Source of the DNA: Takakia lepidozioides
Lineage: Eukaryota; Plantae; Bryophyta
Length of the DNA stretch: 64,000 bases
Reading direction: 5' to 3'
NCBI GenBank assembly: GCA_030704615.1
Contig: CM060734.1
Coordinates: 31,930,001 to 31,994,000 of the forward strand
Shown here: piece by piece, positions 27,596-40,891 of the stretch
Numbering within the stretch: the stretch's first letter is position 1
How the letters are laid out: the number at the start of each line of letters is the position of its first letter
The notes under the pieces: model-generated
Databases searched by the model: none
What the model saw: only the letters and a program-made list of their open reading frames with translations
Told to the model about the DNA's origin: nothing
Program-made: the position numbers and the translations under genes

Positions 27596-30177
27596 ATGGA
27601 GACCGTGTTTGGGCTTGTGGGAGATGGGTTTGCTTTGGTAGTGTCGGACACATCCGCGGTGCAGAGTATAGTCGTGCAGAAAACTAATGAAGACAAAATA
27701 ATGTTGTTGGACTCCCACAAACTCCTGGGGTGTACAGGCGAGAGTGGAGACAGGTATTCTCCTTGTCCCTTTCAAAGAATGTCGCGAATTCATGGACTCT
27801 TATCTCCATCATATATGCTCTAATCCAATTCATTGCATTGTATCGAGGTATTGAACGTAGGAGATATATATATTTTTCCGTAAATTAGCTAATCCTCGCC
27901 TGTTGGGTTCAATGTTGACTTCGGCACAGCTCATGTGATACGGATGCACCATCCCAACTTGCTGATTAGGTTTCATGGGTGGTCTTAGATTGCAGGTAAG
28001 TCAAGAAAGATGTCTCTCTGTGCTCAAAGAGTGCCTCCAATTTAGTGTACGCCAGTAGAGTTTCTCAAGAAAAATTTCTTGAAAGTAGCAAGATCAGAGC
28101 TGGCTGCATCCGCTCCCTGTGACGACTGTCATGTTATGCTCAGTCCTCGGCCTTGATTTACGCACGCTTGCAGGGTGCAGTTTTCAGAATTTATTCAAAA
28201 GAACATTCAGTTGTACCAGTTCCGCAACGGCACCCAACTCTCAACTGCCGCAGCTGCGAATTTCACTCGGGGCGAGCTTGCAACAGCGCTGCGCAAGGTG
28301 CATCCCTTTTAATTGATCCCTCCCGTAAAGATCTGTTTGCGTGTTGTTAACAATGCACCCTAACCCTACGTTCTTTCCTTGTTTGTCACGGGAAAGTTAT
28401 CTCTTACCCCAGGATTGTCACCTCGCCATCTTCCTGGTGTATTGAAGAACCAGGGCTTGGCTCAGCGGAGCCATGTTTGAGACATTCGAGCCATGGGTTT
28501 CCTTCACCAGACTGGAGTGGGATCCAGTCGATCTGCCACAATTGCACTGTGGAATTTGTTCCAGAATCTCACGGAAAAGTTACTTTCCATGAAGTTGTAT
28601 GGCTTTGAGACTACCCTATGCTTAGAGTTTCCCTCCCCTACAGATGACTCGAAGACTAATCCACTGTAGAAAGAGGTGTTTGCATAACATATTTTTGCAG
28701 TTTCAGTACATGCAGGGAGAGACTGAGGTCCTTTAAGGGTGGCAATGTCCTCAGGTCCTTGCCCCATTCAGGGTTTTTTGCTTAAGTTGATGAATGTCTG
28801 AAGGGCTGGTATGCCATGCGTTATTTTGCATGATCTATATCTGACACAATGCATGAGTGCTGTTAAGATTAACGTATTTTTAGAAACATGCCGAATTTTC
28901 TTTAATCAAGGGTTTTACAACTACACTTGAGGTGGTCATTTGGTTGAGGCCATGTTGGTGGGCTCAAGTTGCTCTTATGGTGGGGGAAGACTTAATGGTT
29001 TGGTTGTGTACCATACATTGCATGGATTATGTGCCTCCTGGACATGACAAGTGAGTACATCATACTACTGGTTAGTATTGGCTAAATGGAGGAAGCAGGC
29101 TTGCTTGCCTTTGTTAATATGTAGTGATTGTGGAGAAGAAGCTTGGATGTAGGGTTTGGCGTAGCGAGTATTCACAAGTGCGTTGGGAAATCAGATAAAT
29201 GGTGTTTGAAAATGAATGTGATTGGTAAGGGAAGCTGAGATTGGAACCGAATATTACTATGTGTGCTTATGGGATGGGTTTTGACATTTTTGGAGATGGA
29301 CACCTACAGAGCCCATATCAAGTGAATATGATGTTGGCGGGCTTTGATAAGGATGAGGGGGCGTCCCTCTATTACTTGGACTACATTGCAACTCTTCATA
29401 AGCTGGAGAAGGGTGCCTTGGGTTATGGTGAGTGAATGTTTGCTAGTGTTTCTGATGTTCTGTAAAGTCAAATTTCAGCACTTTTGGTTGCTTTTTATCT
29501 TTCTCCTTCCCTTCCTGCCCTGCTTTCTTGAAGGGCGTTGTATCCATTTGGACTAGCAGCTTCCATTGGATCACTGAGGCTTTGTGTGTGATCCTGAGGT
29601 TAATTTCCATAGGCCCTTGTTGGAGGTCACACTATGTGTTTCAGCTAGCTGCTGTGGGTTTCATTCCTTCCCCACATGCTGTTTTCATAATCACCTTCCA
29701 CCAACATCCAGAGAAATTTGGGTTTGTGGTTCCTAGTATTTTACTTCTGTGGATGATGTTTCTTCTGATAGGGTAGTTTGGCTGTGGTATATGCACAATT
29801 GTTTGCCTAAATCATTGAAATTTTAGTTTGAACTGATTTCTCGTTTGCTTTAGTGGACTTTCCCCAAATCTACCACTCCGAGATGCTGCCATCATGTTGC
29901 TTTAATGATCTGTTGTTGCATCACAGGTGGATACTTCATTCTTTCACTGATGGACAAATACTATCACAAGAACATATCGGTCGAGCAAGCGTTGGAGTTG
30001 GTGGATAAGTGCGTTGGGGAGGTTAGAGCAAGATTGGTTGTTTCACCTCCCAATTTTGTTATTAAGATAGTTGACAAGGATGGTGCACGAGAGCTTGTTT
30101 GGCGGAAAACTGTTGAAGAAAACACAGGCCCAAGTGGAATACCACCTACAGGAGGCACTACTATTGTGGAAGGTTAG
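27596..30177 (+). CDS. PBD: 20S proteasome beta subunit D (beta type-2); exons 27596-27753, 28174-28297, 29310-29427, 29927-30177
   Basis: METVFGLVG..., GESGDR|[19 protein letters not shown]...[16 protein letters not shown]|[13 protein letters not shown]...[11 protein letters not shown]...|[11 protein letters not shown]...[18 protein letters not shown]. All junctions GT-AG and in phase. Confidence 0.96.
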
Positions 30178-30435
30178 AGTTGCTTCCAGGTCACATGCAG
30201 TGACCAGCGTGGCTTCATGTTTTGCTTGATAAATAATCTGTGCAAAGTATTCATGTCCCTGGTTGTCAGAACTCAGAACCTGACAACCATTCTGAGGTTG
30301 AGCATAAAATTGGCCTGATTAGGATAGCGAATTGGAAGTAGAGAGTATCTCTAATTGCAGCATCGAATATCCTGATCAGTCCATTCAACACCTATCTTTG
30401 ATAGGGATCAATCTTAATACACAGTTGTGACTGAA

Positions 30436-33400
30436 TCAACCAGCAAAGGGTGACACAAGCCCCAGGGCCTGTGCCCCTTGACGGAGCCCCCTCACAGCTG
30501 CCTTACCTGCTGCAATGTGAGGTTCGTCATCTTCTACCTCAATCACCTGAACATGAGATTTGACTCCCTGGTGATCAGCAGCAGCATTTGCAGCCAGTAA
30601 CCCAGTGACATAGGCCTTTTCTTGTGAAAGCCCACAGGCTCCATGGGTGCCAGGTCCCTGTTGTACCCAGTCGCCTGCCATGAACACATTTGTGAAGCTA
30701 GTTACTGTGGAAGGCATGTGCTGGTGAGAGCCAGGCCCAAATAGAGAAACTGCACCCTTGAATCGCAAAACACTAGAGTCAACTACTTGGGCTTCTCCAA
30801 ATTGTGAATCGCATCTTGTCAAGTACTTTTGCATGACCTGCGGGGGTAGAGTGCACATGCATTAACAAATTTACGAGTCAAACGTTTGTATTGTTAATAT
30901 ATTTACAGTGCTGAATCGAACATGACAAGCGATGCAATGCAAGTCCTCAGAAGAATGCAAACAATCCTATGACAGAACTTCACCAGCTCTGCAGAACTGC
31001 AGTTGCAATATCAGGCTCAATTTCTTGCTCAAGTTTCGGTAGGGATTATTGCAGTGGACAAAGCCTCCAGGATATGGTGGTGGCAGGATGGTCAGTAGCT
31101 CTATCCCTATCCTCACAGTCTCTTGTTAACCCAACAGCATGTCCCAACCAGACTCACTAAAAAACCAGCCTAAAAAGCCCCAGGGTATACTTCATATACA
31201 AATACCTGGACAATAGATTCTCTTTCTACCTCATCAATAATAGCCTCATCTGTGAGCGGGAGAAGCTGATTGGCGTGGAAAAAGTCGACCTCCATCACAC
31301 TTCCAGGCTCATCTGCAAACTCAGTCTACACCAGAAACTTCTTAACTCAACTTGGGAGAAGAATACAAACCATGACAGCCAGACCTAGTGTTAATCACAG
31401 TTCTTCCATGACCATTTGAGGGTGGGCCCTTCGGGATTGCAACAGGGGCAATTTTCCCCACTAGCCACACTAATTTCCCAAGTACAGAATTACAAGTACA
31501 GCTACCCAATTTGTCACAAAAAGATCCCGAGTCTCAATGACGTGTCCATTTCTATGACAGGCTAATGTGGTCCTTGGTTTAAGGCTTTCAAATGACTGAA
31601 GAGTTGCCAGTTCGTCACTCTTTTCAACTCATTCAGGTTCCTTGAGAGTAGTTTCATCTCGCATTTAATTATTTCAGGGTCTAGAAATCAGATTGCTGCA
31701 TTTCTTGTGGTCAGGGCAATACCTGCAAGGAATTGAGGTCAAAGAGGGTTGCACCAGTGCTTGGCTCAAATCCTGCAAGCACATTCGACGGATTTCGGAG
31801 GACAATATGGCGGTCTAGCCATAGACGTGTTGCCAGCACATCAATTGTCCCCAGGTTTGAAATGGCTGCAAACTCGGGCCTCTCTGCCAAAGCAGGTGAA
31901 GAAGCCACAATTTTCTGTAACAATACAAAGTTTGTGTCATTGTACCTGTGTTGTTTAAATAGAGAGAAAAGTACAGGTGGTAAAAATGGGACACATCCCT
32001 GACCCCACCAAGTATCTTACTCAATCTTGAAGCCTGAGAACTTCCTTGCAAGTTAGCTGAATCGCTTGTGAGGGTTGTGCACTTAGTGGAGAGCTAGGAA
32101 AGCATATAGATACTGACTCGGCTTTCCATAGCCATGAGGCTGGACACACAGACATGTGAGGGTTTGCGATTGAGCCTTTGCAGCCACAGGCTGGGAGATG
32201 TTGAACCACTGGTAGGTTGACAATCAGAAGATGGAAGTGCCAAAGATCTCTCAAGAAGGAGAATCCAAATTGTAACATTAAGCTTGACTAGAGCTGCTCA
32301 GAGACAATACTATTTGGAACAGAATACAGATGAGAACAAAGAAAATGGACAGAAATTTTAACAGGTTGATGGGCCCAGAGGGCACATGAGACAAAGTCAA
32401 ACCACAATGTTACATATCAGAAGACTGCAAATGTCGCTCGGAGAGGAGTGTTGTATGTGTTGGAAAACCACTGGCGTGTGGTCGGGCTAGGGATTGAACC
32501 TAGGACCTCCCCCATTCTGGTGGGGTGCTCTACCATTGAGCTACCCGTCCCTTTCTGTTCTCAGAGTGCCGTGCAAGGGCTATAGCCTTGACACCTCCAA
32601 CACTCCCCCTCAAGGCATAGCCCTTATAGCTGAGGCCTACCCATTCTGACCACCGCCCCAACCTTGGCTCCGATACCATGTTGAAAAACCACTGGCGTGT
32701 GGTCGGGCTAGGGATTGAACCTAGGACCTCCCCCATTCCGGTGGGGTGCTCTACCACTGAGCTACCCGTCCCGATCTGTTCTCAAAGTGCCGTGCAAGGG
32801 CTATAACCTTGACACTTCAACACTCCCCCTCAAGGCATAGCCCTTATAGCTAATGCCCACCCATTCTGACCACCGCCCCAACCTTGGCTCTGATACCATG
32901 TTGGAAAACCGTTGGCATGTACAGGACGATCAACGCCCAGACAAGAACAATCCGGTCGGGCTAGGGATTGAACCTAGGACCTCCCCCATTCTGGTGGGGT
33001 GCTCTACCACTGAGCTACCCGTCCCATTCTGTTCTCAGAGTGCTGTGCAAGGGCTATAGCCTTGACACCTCCAACACTCCCCCTTCCGGTGGGGTGCTCT
33101 ACCATTGAGCTACCCGTCCCTTTCTGTTCTCAGAGTGCCGTGCAAGGGCTATAGCCTTGACACCTCCAACACTCCCCCTCAAGGCATAGCCCTTATAGCT
33201 GATGCCTACCCATTCTGACCACCGCCCCAACCTTGGCTCTGATACCATGTTGGAAAACCACTGGCGTGTGGTCGGGCTAGGGATTGAACCTAGGACCTCC
33301 CCCATTCCGGTGGGGTGCTCTACCATTGAGCTACCCGTCCCTTTCTGTTCTCAGAGTGCCGTGCAAGGGCTCTAGCCTTGACACCTCCAGCAGTATGCAG

Positions 33401-36400
33401 GTACAATGCCAAGCATTTTTGCACCTCATGGCACCCCAGAGTTTAAGTTATGAGGACAGCCAGGGAATCAATAGCACTTTTGGCAGGCAATCATTAAACT
33501 GTGGCATCCAGCTTTCCAAAAAGGCTTACCTGCATGGCCTGGACTCCAACTGCAAACACCACAGCATCTTCCTCATTGCCTTTCTCCACTAGTGTTTACT
33601 GCACATTTTTCCAAGGTGCAGTACCTTTAATCTGGGTACTTGTTTTTGCAATGATACATTGGTGGCAATGAAGGATGCGGCAGTGAAGTTTACCTGCAAT
33701 AATTCCAGTGACTTTGTTCAGTTCACTCTCAATGACAATGTTGGTCACACGCATCCCACCTATCATATGGCCCCCTCGATTGTCAATGTCACGGAGCCAG
33801 GGCTTAAAGATGACCTCTGCAATAGAGCCCTTACACCAACAAACATCAAAGTCGGCCTGGTGGGCCAGCACATAATAGTATAGTGCACCAAGGGCAGCTG
33901 CAGCTGCTTTCACACAATTTCAACACAAAGAATTTAGTCAGTGTTGTTATGCAAGAACAACCTGGAACATAATCTCCAAGAATCACGACATCATGACACA
34001 GAAGAACATGATTATATGTCTGGGTCCATTGAGCCTTGGGGGACGTGTTCCCTTTGACCAGATTGCCATTGCCATGAACAAGTCCTTTGGCAAGTTTTGG
34101 CATACCCAGGACTGGCTTCCAGGGTGGGGAGACCAGGACTTCAAGGGTGTGTCTTGGCCGGTTTGTGTTTAGTCCAGCTAGAGAACAGCTTGTCAGAGAG
34201 CAGGTGGGTCACCCAATCTGAATGGGTTTATCACGGTCGGTCTTGCTGCCAGGCAAAGCATCAGACTTAATTTAACAATTCTGTGTGCACTTGCCAACTT
34301 TGGTGAGGATTTATACCTGAGAGCTGCTCCCCTGGAGCAAAGAGGGTGACCAGAAGTATGGGTTCTAGAAACTTGTGGTACAGCTGCGCCGAAACACCTG
34401 CTGCTCGGAAAAGCTCCTGAGCAGTCATTGCATCGTACTTGGAATAAGCCTTGTCATCCTGGAAACCATCTCACTTTATGAGGGTAGACCATTTAGCCCC
34501 TCTCCTCTGCATTGGGAAGAGTTTGTGTATCCTGGCAAGACACTGGTTCCATGATCAAAGTTAGGACTACTTAATTCCTGTTATAAGCACTGCCTTTTGG
34601 TTGTGTTAGAGGGCCTTCCAATGCTAGGGGATCATATGGAAATAGGCTGCACCAATTCAATCGCATAAGGGTGAATATGGGAGAGGCGTCCAGGAAATAT
34701 GTGAGCCCCAGTAAGGAGTTTGATGCACAATGTTACATTAGAGCAAGCTCAAAGAGTGTCCAGGGATCCATACTGTGTCGAACTCGAGAAGGGCTTGAAG
34801 CAGGGGGAGTGCTGTGAGCCGGTCCACCACCGATAGATTCCTGAGGACATGTACACCACAACTTTTTCTTAGTAGAGAACCATCTCACCATGTAAACACA
34901 TCACTAAATAAGCAACCTGCCAAACAACCTGCCAACCAACTACCATGTATAAGTAAATGATATGACCACAGCTAGCCGGGAACAACCATGTCAAAGTCAA
35001 CAGAGGACAAAGCTCTGTAAGTGGGAGAAAAGGAGATATGATACAGATTCCCAAATCAACACCTGCCAGGAGACACATGATGCATTCTTACTGTTGACAC
35101 GGAAACCAGCAAACAAGGAAAATCGACTTGTAGTGCATCCTTCACCTGTTAGGACTCCGCCTCATTACCTCGGGACTTTAAGGTGCCACTTACAGGAAAC
35201 CAGGGAACAGTTCTGCACGCTGTAGACTTCAAAGCACCCTATTCATTGACATCAGTGAGACACACCAGGTTCATGGCTCGCCAGTTAACCATAGGCCTAT
35301 GTAGATTGCCCCAGGACCAGACTAGTGGCGCCGCACACACTGGCACACCACAAACATACGGCAGAAAGAAACCTGAAGTATGGAGCTGTGTAGAGGAAGG
35401 AGCCCAAAGGAGTTGCGAGACGGGGAAGAGTATTGAATACAGGAGCTTCCACTTGGATGCCATGTGGGGAATAAAATGAACTCCTTGTCCAATCTGTAAA
35501 CGGCCATGCCTGTCAAAGAGTACATGTCTCGTCATGCTAGAAACATAAGTGATGTTTGTACCACCCCTAAATTGTTGACACTGTATGCAAATCAACCTCT
35601 TGCTTGGGTTTCCTCTCTTCCAGCTCAACGCCTCTTTGCAGCATCTGTTTCTTCTCATACAACAGGCATTCATTTCCTGTGCTCTACCTCCCAGCTTGGC
35701 CTGGTCGTTAGGGCAATGTGGCTATATCTTAGATCTTGGATTCCCATCCACAGGCCTAAATTGAAGGTGCCATTACATGTTCCAAAAAGCCAAGGGAACA
35801 GGCAGTGTGTTGCAGGATTAGGGGGCATTAGACATATGAAATGAGATACAGGGGGTGATCCAGGGGTTTGGAACACTGGAAAAGGAGGAATGATGGTGGA
35901 CCTTCAATTGTCCAGCTTATGTTTGTCGATTGCAATTGGTACAAAAAGGAAGGGGAGGTTTGTAAGGGTTCATTCTGCATTCTGCATTTGTGTGATCAAG
36001 CATGTTCAAGTCTAGGAAGAATTGGGCTGTTAGTGACTGTGGAGAGCTGTCCAATTCCTAGGCAGAGAAAGTGGCCTTAGCAGGTTAGGGGGTCATGAGA
36101 GTATGGAAACTACCTAAGCTGGCTATAGCCAACTTCATTCGTCTTGATTTCTTTCTCTATCTCCTTCATTAGAGGGGTACGTTGAAGGTTGCAATGCCCA
36201 AAAGTGCTTCTAATAGAGCCCCACATCAATTCAATCTCAAAGAAGTTCGTCTCTTGACTGGCTGGAGAGCCGTCTTAGACATTGGTGATTCAATGGGGCG
36301 CTCTAGGAAACCAAGGGCAGGGACTTCAACTTGAGAGTTTCTAATCTGTTTGATGCTCTGGATGAGGTTGAATCCAAACAGCCAGACGGACAAGCTGCTG

Positions 36401-39400
36401 TGCTGGTCAGGAGACATGGGAAACACCGGATAAATTGGTTGGAGATGTCAATGGGTATAAGTGGACGGGTAAGATGTGTACTCTCAAGGCAGCCTCTGCC
36501 AAACGCGGCCCAAAAGGGGTTGGATTCTTTGTCCGCGATTTCTTGTTTGATAATTGTGAAATTATCAACAAGGGTTTGAGGTATGAGCATAGTATCTGGC
36601 TAAAACTGAATCTGAAGGGCATGAATACGAAGGACCTCTTTGTGGGTTGTGTATACATGCCCACAGAGGGGACCCTTAGTGTTGACGCAGACAAAGCCTT
36701 CGAAGATGTAAAGCAGGACTGTGCTTCGTTCCTTGCCAAAGGTCAGGTGGTTCTATTGGGTGACTTCAATGCCCGGGTGGGCAAAGGTCTCCATCAGGAC
36801 GCTATCATTGGGCCTTTTGGTGAGGACGAGCTGAATTCTAATGGCAGACGGTTAATTAACTGTCTGGAAGAGCTTCAGCTTTTGACCTTGACTAACAGGA
36901 CAAGAGATGACCAAGTGCAGTGGACTCGTGAGAAATCCCAAACTGGGGAACGTTCCATTGTGGACTATATCATAATGGACAAAAATTTGTTTCCCCAGTG
37001 TGCCAATGTGTTGATCGATAGAAGTGATACTGGTACCTCTGACCACTTCCTGGTTTGGACTGAGATCAAAAGGTGTTTTCCCAACACCAAGAGATCTGTG
37101 AAACGTTCGATTCGGAAGTGGCGCATAGAAAAATTCCATAATGAGGAGGTCAAGGCTGAGTATGTCCAGGCCTTGCAAGAGGCTCTCCCTCATTTTGTCC
37201 AATCGCTCCAAGAACTTCAGTCTCGCTCTGACAACGCAAGAAATGAAGTCGAAAGAGCAGTGGACTCTTGGGAGAGTTTCGTTTCCTCTGTGGCTGACAA
37301 GATCATTGGGAGGAAACTAATTGTCTGCGGTAGAGCTGTTAATTGGTGGACCAATGAGATTAAACTCAAGATAGCTGAGAGACGAGCCCTCTATAAAGAG
37401 TGCTGCAATTTGAAAACCAACAGAGAATTGTGGGCGAGGTACTACCAGCTCCATAAAGATATCAATCAGCTTGTTAGGTCTCAGAAGAAATTATACTGGG
37501 ACAAGTTTACATTGAAATAAACTCAAACCACCATGGTGGTAATGACAAGAAATTCTGGTTGGCCCTTCAACGTTTGTACAAGCCGAAAAACGGTCAGCAA
37601 GTACAAGCGCTGAAGACTACTAAAGGTGCAGTGGTGACTTCATCAGTTGACATTGTCAAAACCTTTGAAACTCACTACAGTATCCTTGGCAGAACTTCTA
37701 GGTCTAACAGTGAGGGGTCTTCTGCTGAATGGAGGGACACAGTTGGAAAAACTGTTCCTATGATTCAAAACAGCCCTGATGAACTGGAGTATATTTCAAT
37801 GGCTTATAATGCTCCCATTAGTTCTTCTGAGATTGTGGAAGCAATTGAACATTTAAACGGATATAAAGCTGGTGGACCTGATGGTATAGTCAACGAGCTT
37901 ATCAAGCACGGTGGCGATCCCATGATAGAGGCCCTAGTTCTCCTACCTTATCTGGAAGACTGAAATGATCCCCTTTCGCTGGCGACAGGGGGTCATTGTC
38001 AATCTATACAAGAAGGGTGACAGAGAAGAACCGGGGAACTACCGTGGCATCACGCTCCTCGATGCTGTTGGCAAGACATTCTGCAGAGTTATAAGTACTC
38101 GTCTCGAGGTTGATCTGGAGTCTAGAGGTTAAGGACGGAATGCCAAACTCACCCCGAACAGCCACATTGGCTGTTTTGGAGCATGCTGACATACACTCCT
38201 TAAGCACCCCCACTTGAATGGATTCTAGAGATTTAGTTATCAACCCATATTGCAGATCCGTACTCCAAGGCAGGTCTAATAACGCGACAAAGCATAGTTC
38301 TCTTAACCTCAGAGTTGACCCCTCTGCAGTGGAAAAATTTAGTGAGCCCCAGAGCTTTGCCCTTGCCAGTTTGAACAACTTTCTGGATATGTGCATCCCA
38401 ATTACAATTGGAGGAAAACTCAACGCCCAGGTAAGTGTAGGAAGGGAGGACCGGGATCTCTTGGCTACCCCACTGCCACTTAAGATCACTTCCTCCCTCT
38501 CCTCTGTCGTTGAATGCTACCACTGCACATTTGCTGACATTACCTCTAGCCCCCAAAGATCAAAGTATCTCTTCGCACAATTAATCAACTCCTGGAGATT
38601 GGTTGGGGTCTCCCCTATGCCTGCGAAGTCATCCGCAAACATAAGGGCTGGTATGGTGATATCACCCACCCTTAACCCAAATCCCTCAAGTCTCACTACC
38701 AACGTCAGCCCCTGACAGAGGTAGGTTCTGTCCCTTTTGTTTCCGCTCAAACTGGGCGCGGGGTCAATGGCCATAAGGCTACGGCAAACAACGTCTTATG
38801 AGTACAATCTATCTCCTTCATTCTTCCCCGAACCCAGAAATTGAGAGGGGTCTTTACATTGATGCTTGCCAAGACAGTTTTTGGCAGAGCAGCCATTCCA
38901 CATTACTGACTTTCATGTGCACACAAAATTCACGGCCTCCTACACACTCAGTAAGTCAGGCAGCAACTTGTCTGTTAGAGTAAGAGGAGACTTACAATGC
39001 CAAGCTCCTGCAAAAGCTGGTAGATGTTGTGATACTGCCACCTGCATCAAGCCCCTCTCCCTCTCAAGAATCCTCACCATCTCACATTGATATCATACTC
39101 CAGAGTGACCACCTTTGCCGGCACCATACATGCACTCTTTAGACTCTTTACCATGGCAGATCCATTCACAGGTCACAGTCTGTCGAACTATCCAGTGGAG
39201 CCTGGAGGGTTGTCCTGGTCATCCCTGACATCCTTCTAGATACATCCATTTATGGTGTACCCCCTCAACTCAACCTAGCCCCTAGCTTGGAAGTACGTTG
39301 TTCCTCAGTTACTGACATTGACATCATGTTTCAGAGTGACTGCCATTACAGGTACCACACACTCACTCTTTCGACCTGGCTGTGGCAACAGACCTGCTGA

Positions 39401-40285
39401 AGAGTGCGTGAGAGGGCTTGATTATTGTCATCCCTCTTCTGTCTTTTTGTCAATTCATCAGTGCCCACTGTTTCCCCTAAATTTATCAAGACAAAGCAGG
39501 AGAGCTAGATAATGGGAGCCCACCAGAATCCCTTTATACCAGCCTCCACAGGCCTGCCCTGTGCTGTCCGGAACCCAGTACTTAGTCCTCCAGGTGACAG
39601 TGATGCATCCAAAACTGTGACAGAGAATCCAGCTTTTGCGAGAGTATGTGCTGCTCCAAATCCTGCCCAACCACCCCCCACCACCACAGCCTTCTTTGTG
39701 TATGTCTCTTCTTCTCCAGATCCCCTGTTCAGTAGACAGCACTTTAATAGTGTTGAAAGTGACATAGGATTTCATTTGACTCCAGCAACTTTCAAATAGA
39801 AAATACTTCACTGTCATAATCAATTGTAAAGAAGCGGTCCTCATAATGGGAAGATATATCAAGTTGCTGGCATAAAAGAGCTCTCGAAAGTGATGTGTTC
39901 TAACTGGAAAAGTCTGGCAAAACACAATTCACATGAAGCCCATTCTCACTCTCACATGGGGCAGCTTCATCTACAAGTTCAACTTTCTCTTCCCATAACC
40001 TTTCTTGCAAGATTTGAGAAATGATACCCTCTCGGAGACACCATCATTTGCCACTTATTCACAGGCTTTTCATCGTTCCCCTCCACAGGCATTTCGGTTT
40101 GGGCCCACTGCTGCCCAATTCTTCCAAACCCCTTGAATTCCCTCCCTTTAAACCTGCCCCCTTGAAACTGAAAATGACCTGTCCTCTCTTCATACTTCAT
40201 CTCCATTGCCTTGATAAAGTTTCGATGTTGCATTTTAATAGCTCTTGATGACGGTGCACCCCATCTCACCTCACACCTACTTACT
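30436..40285 (-). CDS. FAD-dependent oxidoreductase, amine-oxidase/carotene-desaturase-like family; exons about 40285-40028 (tentative), 39724-39524, 39041-38996, 35509-35373, 34840-34774, 34458-34317, 33906-33694, 33588-33530, 31914-31723, 31325-31230, 30837-30436; true start unresolved
   Basis: AVVVGGGWAGFGAA Rossmann motif, GRPVEAGIKGFW|WQYHNIY, PFTDWTRS, LPRLATPLG, DRLTALPLL, LFAPGEQLSA, DAVVFAVG, FMAGDWV, SQEKAYVTGL. Exons joined manually with in-phase GT-AG sites. Confidence 0.85.
32458..33392 (-). mobile_element. Tandem-array TRIM (miniature LTR retrotransposon) with a tRNA-like sequence in each LTR (Helenus-like), intronic
   Basis: LTRs of about 145 bp (TG...CA) at 32458-32602, 32679-32822, 32899-33076 (longer variant), about 33084-33171 (partial) and 33248-33392. 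The 76-bp internal spacers carry a tRNA-Met PBS (TGGTATC(A/G)GAGC) and PPT AGGGGGAG on the minus strand. 5-bp TSD GTATG at 32453-32457 and 33393-33397. Confidence 0.92.
36171..38807 (+). mobile_element. Non-LTR retrotransposon (LINE; APE endonuclease plus RT) with internal inversion and deletions, intronic
   Basis: APE motifs (GQETW, GCVYMP, LLGDFNARVG, SIVDYI, SDHF) and early RT (KAGGPDG, NYRGITLL) on +. RT FADD and YTYLGV segment on - (about 38125-38700). 3' end on + (about 38697-38807). 15-bp TSD TCTATCTCCTTCATT at 36156-36170 and 38808-38822. Confidence 0.9.
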
Positions 40286-40891
40286 GCCAATCAAACAACC
40301 AAACAGATCATGCTAAAATTGAATCTGGCCAGCTGGGGTACTGAACGGTTGATCCAATTACCACTTTTAGCTTGTATACTGTTTTTCTCAAGATCTTGAC
40401 TACAAAAGAACTGCCATCTTTCCCCGAGCCTATATTCATCAATTCTATTAGTCGTCAACGGCTTAGCTCCAGTTCACATTGCTGCTTTTAAATTACTTGA
40501 AAAATTACATAAATTTGATATAGTCACAGTCCTGACGAGAATTACGATCAAAACGGAAGCTTCAGTTTAGAGCCCATCATCAGAAGTTTGGTGGATCCAG
40601 CAGAAGATAAAGACACTGCAACATACTGAATTTGATGTCGAGGTGATTTTAAACACTGGAATCTTAAGGATTCTGAGAAGTACTGTAGCAGTATACCATT
40701 GCAAATGTAATTTAATAGTAGTGTGCTGTCAATTTACAAAACCAGCCAACCAACCCCGCTATTCCTCACAAAACTGCAAAGGAGCAGTAAGCTCTGTAAA
40801 TCTGCCATACAATGAACGCTACAAGCTACAGTATGGTGCTACAAGCCAACATATACCACATTACCAATCTTTCAATTACTTTCCCCCACAT

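Noticed and set aside
32458-33392. tRNA gene cluster or CRISPR-like array
   Set aside because: The units are LTR-PBS-PPT modules with identical spacers and a TSD. The cloverleaf has acceptor and anticodon-stem mismatches.
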